A stretch of DNA of 64,000 nucleotides from a virus, in IMG/VR virus record IMGVR_UViG_3300033978_000437; one strand, given 5' to 3'. This document shows, in pieces, positions 54,196-61,393 of the stretch. A program made the position numbers and the translations under genes. Position 1 is the stretch's first letter. Every line of letters starts with the position of its first letter. Below the pieces are notes generated by a model. The model made no database searches, had not been told where the DNA came from, and saw only the letters and a program-made list of their open reading frames with translations.

Positions 54196-54580
54196 TTTCG
54201 TTTTCGTTCTCAGTCTCTATTTCGATAGAAACTTCTGGGTCTGGATCAAGGTCTACTCTTTCCATCATCCACGATGAAACAGATGCTTTCATCGTTTCTA
54301 GGTTGTAGGTAACATCGTCACCATAGTCGTTGCCGTCACCGGCACCGCTGTACTGGTAAGCATCAAATGCCCATGTCTCCACATCTGTTTCTAGTTTACT
54401 CACCCTCTGTTTTCTCTTAACAATCTTAACTAGATCGTCTGTCTTGGGTGCCACTAAAACTACATACAGATTCCCTTCGTCATTTCCTCCACGAAACTCA
54501 AGTTCTATGGAACTTATTCCTAGTTCTTTTGCTTCATCATAAAGCTTTTTGGGTAGCGGAATAGGACTCAAATCTGACAT
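54170..54580 (-). CDS. DUF6878-like protein
   Basis: GISSIELEFRGGNDEG..YSGAGDGNDYG. Confidence 0.5.
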   Translation of the reverse strand: MSDLSPIPLPKKLYDEAKELGISSIELEFRGGNDEGNLYVVLVAPKTDDLVKIVKRKQRVSKLETDVETWAFDAYQYSGAGDGNDYGDDVTYNLETMKASVSSWMMERVDLDPDPEVSIEIETENENENEEEEDDE

Positions 54581-54593
54581 AGCTTCTCCTTAG

Positions 54594-54941
54594 TTAGTTA
54601 TCGCAAGTTTCATGTTTGTTAGTTGCAAATTGTGCTATGACATCAACATAGCCTGCGTTTGGATCTACATCGTTATGCCAAACGGCATTAACGAACCTCA
54701 GACCGCAAGAGTGTTCAAACCAATATTTAACATGAGCAGACAAGCTTTCGCCTGAAGAAGCTTCTACTCTGTTATCGTAGTTGTTGCGAAAGAAATCTGC
54801 TTTTACCTCGTCCATAGCAAGGTAAATCTTATGGCAGCCATCCCATGCTGCTAAAATTGCGTTTTTGCAATATTCCGGAAGGGCATCATAGCCTTCATCT
54901 ATGTCGTCAGAGTTGTGCACTCCATACTCATTTTGATCCAT
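54594..54941 (-). CDS. Hypothetical protein
   Basis: AWDGCHKIY..SCGLRFV phage motif. Confidence 0.65.
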   Translation of the reverse strand: MDQNEYGVHNSDDIDEGYDALPEYCKNAILAAWDGCHKIYLAMDEVKADFFRNNYDNRVEASSGESLSAHVKYWFEHSCGLRFVNAVWHNDVDPNAGYVDVIAQFATNKHETCDN

Positions 54942-54952
54942 GTTCGTTCTCC

Positions 54953-55312
54953 TTAGTTAATTTTTAAATCACTTTCAATACTTTTCTTAGCTACCCTAAG
55001 CATCCAGTCTTTAGGGTTTTCTAAAATAGGTTGAAGCCAATCTTGGACTGTTGGGATGAACCCACAATCTTCTTCTACATGTTGCTCTGCAAGCGACTTG
55101 ATTGGTACTTTCTTTTCTTCGCTGTTGCGAAGCGTGCTGCCAAACTTCTTCACTGCCCATTCCACGCCTGCAGCATGATGGCGCAAAGCTCGATGAGTCC
55201 AGTTGCCTGTAAAGGCTTTAGTCTCATCAAACCAGTTGTGCAGTTCGAGGTAGTCTTCTGGTAAGCCACCAAATTTCTTAGCGGAGCTTACCGCATGATG
55301 GTAAGGTGTCAT
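54953..55312 (-). CDS. DUF6915-like protein
   Basis: PYHHAVSSAKKFGG..YLELHNWFD..HRALRHH..AEQHVEED. Confidence 0.7.
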   Translation of the reverse strand: MTPYHHAVSSAKKFGGLPEDYLELHNWFDETKAFTGNWTHRALRHHAAGVEWAVKKFGSTLRNSEEKKVPIKSLAEQHVEEDCGFIPTVQDWLQPILENPKDWMLRVAKKSIESDLKIN

Positions 55313-55618
55313 TTATCTCCCATAATCAGATTGAGGTTTGAAGGGGCTGAACAGTTCACCATACTCTGTGGTGATGATTCCGTCGTCGGTGATGGTACAT
55401 GGAACGACCATGTCTTCATCTCTGTCGAGACAGTCTAAAGTTTCGTCTTCGAGAAATGTCTCAATCCTATGCATCATTAGGTCTACTATCTCTAGATAGG
55501 CTTCTCGTTGCGTTGCATAGGTTACTGGAGTGCTGAAGTTGTCTTCATCACTATCCCACCATGCGGGGATAAGATTTCCGCCTAGCTCTTCGGTGACTAT
55601 TACCCAAGCTTTCTTCAT
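55313..55618 (-). CDS. Hypothetical acidic protein
   Basis: AAGGAG RBS, 101 aa. Confidence 0.65.
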   Translation of the reverse strand: MKKAWVIVTEELGGNLIPAWWDSDEDNFSTPVTYATQREAYLEIVDLMMHRIETFLEDETLDCLDRDEDMVVPCTITDDGIITTEYGELFSPFKPQSDYGR

Positions 55619-55628
55619 GTTTTCTCCT

Positions 55629-55790
55629 TTACCATGTAGTTTTTAGCGTAGCACTTACGTTTACCCGTTGAATTATATACGGGTCGTGTGGGTACACTTC
55701 TGTGCTGGTGGTAGATTCCAGCGTTTTCGTGCAGCCTATGCTGCTTAACAACACTGCGGTTACTAATAACATTAAGCTTGTCTTTACCAT
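55629..55790 (-). CDS. Small putative lipoprotein
   Basis: MVKTSLMLLVTAVLLSSIG-C lipobox-like; AAGGA RBS before 55790. Confidence 0.45.
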   Translation of the reverse strand: MVKTSLMLLVTAVLLSSIGCTKTLESTTSTEVYPHDPYIIQRVNVSATLKTTW

Positions 55791-55861
55791 TGGAACTTCC
55801 TTGTAGGTGTGCAAATACACACACAATGTAATTGTGTTAAAGCGTATTTGTAGTGGTGAGG

Positions 55862-57439
55862 TTATTTAAATTTGTTGATTCGTTCGCCAATCCAACGCAT
55901 CACGGGGACAGCCATGCTATTCCCTAATGCTTTGTAACGAACTCCATCTGGGCATTGATCCGCTGGCTTTTTATTCCAAGGGATCTTAGTGTAATCGTCA
56001 GGGAATCCCTGCAATCTTTCACACTCGATGGGGGTTAATCTTCGCACTGCCATAGCTTGCATGACAGTGGGGCCGGTACCTGTTCCGTCTGATCCTCTAT
56101 TTGTCATGGGTGCTGCAACATCGCCAGTGATCGCACCATTAAACATATCTGTGCCGACTATTTTTGTAGTTGTTACAGACACAAGGTCGGTAGCGTCTTT
56201 GTAGTCTCTAGCCTTCATAGAGGAAGCTGTCTGGTCGTCTGCGTATTCACCAAAGGCTTGCATTCTGAATGCGTGCATTACAGTCGGACCGCTGGCATTT
56301 ACGCTGCTGCCTGATGTACCCATCGTGGCAGCAACATCTCCAGTGATCGAGCCATTGTAGCAGTCAGTGCCAAGGACAGGCTGCATCACAGTGGGACCGG
56401 AATGGGTCGCACTGCTACCTGTACTTGAGGTTACGGTTGCGGAGACATCTCCAGTTACTGCACCATTGTAGCAGTCAGTACCAATGGCTACCGCAGTCTG
56501 GTTGTCTCCCATGTTGCGTCGTAGTGTACCCGCTACTTCCTCCGTGAATCGACTAGGATTGCCTTCTCGTGCTGCAATGCCTGGTTCGAAAGCATAGGCT
56601 ACTGCTAGCCCACGACCTTCGGTAAGGTCATCATTCCCAATCCCTTTGTAGTCTCTAGCGCGCATAGCCCCTACGATGTCTTTACCATTCGGGCTTTGCC
56701 ATTTGATTTCCGTTTTGCTAACGACTAGATGCTCTCCCCTAGAGGAAGGCACCCCGCCATTACCGCCACTTCTGAGGCAAGCTGCAATGGAATAATTCCC
56801 ATTGGCTATTTGGTCTGCGTCAACGCCGCGTTCTCCAAAGCCGCCCGTAAGAGTGGCGGCAACTCTTTTCCCCGCTTCTCTGCTCGGCGCAGGATGCCGC
56901 TGCAGGCTTTCGGACTCAAATAGAACTTTTGCGGCACGCCCTGCGTCTCCAAGACATCCGATAACGAACAAACGTCTCCTTCTCTGGGCCACTCCGAACC
57001 ACTGAGCGTCCATGATCCTAAATGCGAACCCATACCCCAGGTTTCCCAACGCCCCGAGGAAGGTACCAAAATCCCTTCCTCCGTTGGAGGACAGAACACC
57101 GGGGACGTTTTCCCAGACCAACCACCTAGGTTGGTAACGTTGAGCGATTTTAAGATAGGTAAGCATAAGGTTACCTCGGGGATCTTCGAGACCTTTTCTA
57201 AGGCCGGCGATGGAGAAGCTTTGGCAGGGCGTGCCACCGACGAGGAGATCGATTTTTTCATAGGGTTTCCATTCCATGTACTTAGTCATATCCCCAAGGT
57301 TAGGGACTTTGGGGTAATGATGGTTGAGGACTGCAGAAGGGAATTTATCAATTTCCGAGAAAGCGACAGGCTTCCAGTTAAGATGGTGCCAAGCTGCGGT
57401 GGCTGCTTCTATCCCCGAACACACTGATAAATACTTCAT
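55862..57439 (-). CDS. C5 cytosine DNA methyltransferase with expanded variable region
   Basis: SVCSGIEA, GTPCQ, ENV, QRRRR, RRLTPIECERLQGFPD, YKALGNS; start MKYLS at 57439. Confidence 0.93.
   Translation of the reverse strand: MKYLSVCSGIEAATAAWHHLNWKPVAFSEIDKFPSAVLNHHYPKVPNLGDMTKYMEWKPYEKIDLLVGGTPCQSFSIAGLRKGLEDPRGNLMLTYLKIAQRYQPRWLVWENVPGVLSSNGGRDFGTFLGALGNLGYGFAFRIMDAQWFGVAQRRRRLFVIGCLGDAGRAAKVLFESESLQRHPAPSREAGKRVAATLTGGFGERGVDADQIANGNYSIAACLRSGGNGGVPSSRGEHLVVSKTEIKWQSPNGKDIVGAMRARDYKGIGNDDLTEGRGLAVAYAFEPGIAAREGNPSRFTEEVAGTLRRNMGDNQTAVAIGTDCYNGAVTGDVSATVTSSTGSSATHSGPTVMQPVLGTDCYNGSITGDVAATMGTSGSSVNASGPTVMHAFRMQAFGEYADDQTASSMKARDYKDATDLVSVTTTKIVGTDMFNGAITGDVAAPMTNRGSDGTGTGPTVMQAMAVRRLTPIECERLQGFPDDYTKIPWNKKPADQCPDGVRYKALGNSMAVPVMRWIGERINKFK
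56806..57261 (-). CDS. Nested out-of-frame ORF, putative methyltransferase beta polypeptide
   Basis: Same strand, different frame; EWP..VCSLSDVLETQGVPQKFYLSPKACSGILRRAEKRGK. Confidence 0.55.
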   Translation of the reverse strand: MKKSISSSVARPAKASPSPALEKVSKIPEVTLCLPILKSLNVTNLGGWSGKTSPVFCPPTEEGILVPSSGRWETWGMGSHLGSWTLSGSEWPREGDVCSLSDVLETQGVPQKFYLSPKACSGILRRAEKRGKELPPLLRAALENAALTQTK

Positions 57440-57440
57440 G

Positions 57441-57650
57441 CTAACCCTTTTTAGTGCCTTCATTTAGTTGTAACAGACCCAAGTAAACAGCTTTTGCCAT
57501 TTCCTCTTTGGCTGCATAGTAAAGGGGGGCACCGCCTGTTTTCACTAGGTAACCATTTCCGATACAGCTTACCCTAAGCTGTATACTTATGTCGTTACCA
57601 TCTTTACGGATAACAAACTCCGGCACAATCGGTGCTTCAGTAGTTGTCAT
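57441..57650 (-). CDS. Hypothetical protein
   Basis: 69 aa, coupled to the upstream gene. Confidence 0.55.
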   Translation of the reverse strand: MTTTEAPIVPEFVIRKDGNDISIQLRVSCIGNGYLVKTGGAPLYYAAKEEMAKAVYLGLLQLNEGTKKG

Positions 57651-58004
57651 TTATACTCCTTTATTTTTCTTTTCTAATAATTCTTTAGACATGCTTGTTA
57701 ATTCGTTTAGCATTGTCTGATGTCGCTGAAACATCTCATCCAAGATGTGTGCTGCACTTTGCAGCAATGCACCAAAAGACCCAACAACGGAGTCTATTGG
57801 TTTTTCTTTACCACTTTCTGCTGACAACCACATCCCTTTGCCGATGTTTTGGATATCGTTTAGGTTTCTGTAGTAGTCATACACGACTATTACACTGCGT
57901 AGTTCTGGAACATCTAGAAACGCAGAGTGTATGGTTTCTCTAAACTTGTGATTCAATTTTTCGTCAAACATGTATTTAGGTTCGACTTCTGGTTCTTGAC
58001 TCAT
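57651..58004 (-). CDS. Hypothetical protein
   Basis: 117-aa ORF. Confidence 0.65.
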   Translation of the reverse strand: MSQEPEVEPKYMFDEKLNHKFRETIHSAFLDVPELRSVIVVYDYYRNLNDIQNIGKGMWLSAESGKEKPIDSVVGSFGALLQSAAHILDEMFQRHQTMLNELTSMSKELLEKKNKGV

Positions 58005-58006
58005 AA

Positions 58007-58333
58007 CTACTCCATTTCTTTAAAATTTATTCCCATTTTTGGGGTTAGACAAAATCTTTTGAATACGTCGTTGCCCAGATTGGCTAGCCTTGATACCGCT
58101 AATGCACAGATCATCAGTGATAGTATATATCCCGCCAATCCACAGTCAGCCAACTCTAGACCGAGCATACAAAAGAGACTTACCCAGACTGATAGGCAAA
58201 AGGGGCAACTTAGTAGCTCCCCTAGGAAGCTATCCCACATCTCGGTGCGACTTCGCAACGATGCCATCAGTTTTGAGTGTCTCCATATCTCCACGATTTG
58301 CCAAGTGGCTAACGCAGCAACGACAATATTCAT
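58007..58333 (-). CDS. Membrane protein, DUF1360-like
   Basis: LGELLSCPFCLSVWVS plus hydrophobic helices. Confidence 0.55.
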   Translation of the reverse strand: MNIVVAALATWQIVEIWRHSKLMASLRSRTEMWDSFLGELLSCPFCLSVWVSLFCMLGLELADCGLAGYILSLMICALAVSRLANLGNDVFKRFCLTPKMGINFKEME

Positions 58334-58342
58334 AAAAATTCC

Positions 58343-58477
58343 TTAATTACCGGTAATATACATACCTGCATATAAGATTAAACCTGTTAGGAAAGCAAGA
58401 AGATATAATCCTTGCACCAAGAAAACTCCAACGGCTATGGTGTAACATAGCCCCCATACTGCAATAGTTGAATCCAT
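58343..58477 (-). CDS. Small hydrophobic membrane peptide (44 aa)
   Basis: Manual translation MDSTIAVWGLCYTIAVGVFLVQGLYLLAFLTGLILYAGMYITGN; GGAAGAG upstream. Confidence 0.45.
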   Translation of the reverse strand: MDSTIAVWGLCYTIAVGVFLVQGLYLLAFLTGLILYAGMYITGN

Positions 58478-58480
58478 TTT

Positions 58481-58696
58481 TTACGTCTCTTCCGTGTTGG
58501 GAGGAGACCAATTAGCCAACACTACTCGGTCAGGGGACGGCGCACCTTCGCCAATTATTAGCTCACTTAATGGTTTACCAGTCGGGTCTGGGTATTGGTG
58601 AATTAACAATTGTTTAGTAGAAAACGATGGCAACAACCCTCCGGGCGGTTTTTTTAGTTTTCTTATTTGATAGGCGATGGCGCTGCGAGATGGCAT
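58481..58696 (-). CDS. Hypothetical protein
   Basis: 71 aa with GGGGAGG RBS. Confidence 0.55.
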   Translation of the reverse strand: MPSRSAIAYQIRKLKKPPGGLLPSFSTKQLLIHQYPDPTGKPLSELIIGEGAPSPDRVVLANWSPPNTEET

Positions 58697-58717
58697 AATA
58701 GCCTCCCCTGGTTAAAG

Positions 58718-58888
58718 TTATTGGTGGTTATCTACGGGCTTGATTATCGGAGTCAACCCGCTGGCGTCTATCATCATTGAGCCCACCGATGTGAGCCCTT
58801 TTCCAGTATAATAGCAGCTGACTCCGATTACTAGAACAGGGTATGCTAAACACATACCGATAATAGCACTGATCTCTGGCTTTGACAT
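58718..58888 (-). CDS. Small membrane protein
   Basis: Start MSKPE at 58888 with AAGGA RBS; one hydrophobic helix. Confidence 0.5.
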   Translation of the reverse strand: MSKPEISAIIGMCLAYPVLVIGVSCYYTGKGLTSVGSMMIDASGLTPIIKPVDNHQ

Positions 58889-58901
58889 AGAAAGTTCCTT
58901 A

Positions 58902-60857
58902 ATGAGTGAAGAAATAAACATGTTACGCAAAACCTCTAGCCAAGTATTGGCAGAGGAACAAAGCTCGGGCTCCGAAATTGACTTTGGCCCAATGCTGGAA
59001 TCGTCGCTGTTGGCTGATTATGTAAAGAACTCTTTAGATACTCAGCAAATCCAACAGTTACGAATGGCTCAGCATGTAATGGCCAAGACGGGTTATCTGA
59101 CATTAAAACCATTGCTTCCCCTTTTGTTATCTATTAGGGGAAAGCCATATCATTTACATGACCATTTTCCATTTGCTCCTTTCTTTAGAACAAGAATGCC
59201 TCGTACCACACTATTGAAAACAGGAAGACAGGTGTCAAAGTCCACATCGCTTGCAGCGCAAGGAGTGTTGTTTGCTAACTGTATTCCCTATTTTTCGACA
59301 CTTTATATCACACCATTGTTTGAAATGGTGCGAAGGTTTTCACAAAATTATGTAGCTCCTTTTATTGAAAGCAGCCCAGTGGGTCGTCTGTTTTCGGGAG
59401 AGACTACGATTAACAATGTGCTACAGCGTTCATTCAAGAATAAGTCTCAGATGCTCTTCTCCTTTGCCTACACCGACGCAGAAAGAGTGCGTGGGGTAAG
59501 TGCAGATAAGAACTGTATTGACGAGATCCAGTACATGGATATTTCGTTTCTACCTATTATTCATGAAACGCTATCTGCGTCTAGGGACTGGGGTATTATC
59601 CAGTACGCTGGAACTCCTAAGACTCTAGACAATACCATCGAGAAGCTTTGGAATGATTCCTCCATGGCTGAATGGGTTATCCGCTGCCCCCACCCAGGCT
59701 GCGGACATTGGAACATTCCGGCATTAGAGTACGACCTAATTAAGATGATTGGGCCAGTACACTCCGGCATTTGCGAGACTGTACCCGGTGTAATTTGTGC
59801 TAAGTGTGCAAAAGCTATAAACCCTCGACCTGCAGCACAAGGTGGCACAGGACGATGGGTTCATCGCAATGCAAGCAAGCGTTGGTCTTTTGTTGGGTAT
59901 CATGTCCCTCAGCTGATTATGCCGATGCATTACTCTGATCCAGAAAAATGGCAGAAGCTTGTAGACAAGATGAATGGGAAGGGTAATGTTCCCGTCAATG
60001 TTTTCTACAACGAAGTTTGCGGGGAGTCGTGGGACAGTGGGTCTAAGTTAGTCACTGTTACTGACATAAAACAGGCTGCCTGTCTTCCTTGGCCTTGCCT
60101 AGTAGACGAAGCCAAAAAGCACATTGATTCTTACATTTACCGCTTTGTCTCTGTAGACTGGGGCGGCGGTGGTGTAAGTCGAGGTAAAAGCAGCATGAGT
60201 CTGCAATCCTACACCGCAATTGCAGTATGCGGATTGACTCCAGATGGGCGAGTAGACATCATTTATGGGTTCCGCAGCATGACTCCGCATGAACATGTGA
60301 GAGAAGCTAGGCTTATCCTTGGCATCATGCAGACATTCCATTGCAGCCATATAGTACACGACTACACTGGAGCTGGTACTGTTCGAGAAACCTTGCTAGT
60401 ACAATCTGGATTAGATCCAGCCAACATACTAGCAGTAGCTTATGTGGGACCAGCTAAGAGTGGGTTGATCAACTTTAAACCTGCTAACGAGTTTCATCCC
60501 CGCAACCATTACACTATGGATCGTAATCGAGCATTGAACTACTGCTGCCAGTTCATCAAATCCCATGTAGTACGCTTCTTTCAATACGATCATCGAGGTT
60601 CAGAAGATATTGGGTTGCTCCATGATTTTCTAAACCTTATTGAAGACAAAGCAGAATCTGGAAGCGGAAGGGATCATTACCGAATCTTACGAGATCCAGC
60701 TGGCCCAGATGACTTTGCACAAGCGGTTACTATGGGAACTATGATGTTGTTCCAAATGCATGGTCGATGGCCAGACTTATCCGCTTATGAGAGTATGAAC
60801 ATCAGTGATGAAGTGCGATCTGCAATGAAAGGTCGGGCATTAGAAGACCCCGAATAA
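58902..60857 (+). CDS. Terminase large subunit (GpA-like)
   Basis: KTGRQVSKST, RVRGVSAD..DE, GTPK, CPHPGC/CAKC Zn region, FYNEVCGESW, VDWGG, DDFAQA. Confidence 0.85.
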   Translation: MSEEINMLRKTSSQVLAEEQSSGSEIDFGPMLESSLLADYVKNSLDTQQIQQLRMAQHVMAKTGYLTLKPLLPLLLSIRGKPYHLHDHFPFAPFFRTRMPRTTLLKTGRQVSKSTSLAAQGVLFANCIPYFSTLYITPLFEMVRRFSQNYVAPFIESSPVGRLFSGETTINNVLQRSFKNKSQMLFSFAYTDAERVRGVSADKNCIDEIQYMDISFLPIIHETLSASRDWGIIQYAGTPKTLDNTIEKLWNDSSMAEWVIRCPHPGCGHWNIPALEYDLIKMIGPVHSGICETVPGVICAKCAKAINPRPAAQGGTGRWVHRNASKRWSFVGYHVPQLIMPMHYSDPEKWQKLVDKMNGKGNVPVNVFYNEVCGESWDSGSKLVTVTDIKQAACLPWPCLVDEAKKHIDSYIYRFVSVDWGGGGVSRGKSSMSLQSYTAIAVCGLTPDGRVDIIYGFRSMTPHEHVREARLILGIMQTFHCSHIVHDYTGAGTVRETLLVQSGLDPANILAVAYVGPAKSGLINFKPANEFHPRNHYTMDRNRALNYCCQFIKSHVVRFFQYDHRGSEDIGLLHDFLNLIEDKAESGSGRDHYRILRDPAGPDDFAQAVTMGTMMLFQMHGRWPDLSAYESMNISDEVRSAMKGRALEDPE

Positions 60858-60858
60858 G

Positions 60859-61104
60859 TTATTCTTGCGGGATACCTACAATGCTGACGAACTCGTGTTT
60901 AGCGTAGCTATACACCTTAGTCTTTGTGATGTCTTCACTTAGCACCTCAGTAGGCCCGTGTAGACCTACTGGGTGATTGTTTTGATATCTTGTGTAAAAT
61001 GGATGCGTTTTGCTATTCCACTTTTTGTAGGATAGCACAGGCATGCGACCCTTACGGTCTACGTAAATTCGAAAGTTTTGAAAATCTAACGACATATTGT
61101 TCAT
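60859..61104 (-). CDS. Hypothetical protein
   Basis: 81-aa ORF convergent on the terminase. Confidence 0.45.
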   Translation of the reverse strand: MNNMSLDFQNFRIYVDRKGRMPVLSYKKWNSKTHPFYTRYQNNHPVGLHGPTEVLSEDITKTKVYSYAKHEFVSIVGIPQE

Positions 61105-61294
61105 TAACCCCTTTCGGTTTTAAAGAAATTTCTATTTTTTTAATATCTTCTTTTGTGAACAGTCGTCTTCCTGCCACACGAGAGGAAGCCTCCGACAAAT
61201 CGCCTTTTTCAATAAGATAAAGCAATTTTGCTCTAGGAATTTGGAGTTGTTTAGCTACTTGCCCGCTTGTAAAAAAAGCTAATTCCTTATCCAT
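61052..61294 (-). CDS. MerR/excisionase-like HTH protein
   Basis: FTSGQVAKQLQIP..LLYLIEKG..GRRLFTKEDI. Confidence 0.75.
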   Translation of the reverse strand: MDKELAFFTSGQVAKQLQIPRAKLLYLIEKGDLSEASSRVAGRRLFTKEDIKKIEISLKPKGVNEQYVVRFSKLSNLRRP

Positions 61295-61335
61295 ATCTAT
61301 TTCTCCTTTTGATTTTATACGCTAGCTGTTGTCCG

Positions 61336-61385
61336 CCACTAACATACTGGGGAAAACCGACACCACTAATAGTCTGGGGAAAACC
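61336..61385. repeat. Two 23-bp direct repeats (27-bp period)
   Basis: CCACTAAcAtaCTGGGGAAAACC and CCACTAAtAgtCTGGGGAAAACC. Confidence 0.75.
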
Positions 61386-61393
61386 CACACTCC

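Noticed and set aside
55615-55824. ORF 55615-55824
   Set aside because: Overlaps the better-supported lipoprotein-like ORF (55629-55790) that has RBS and lipobox
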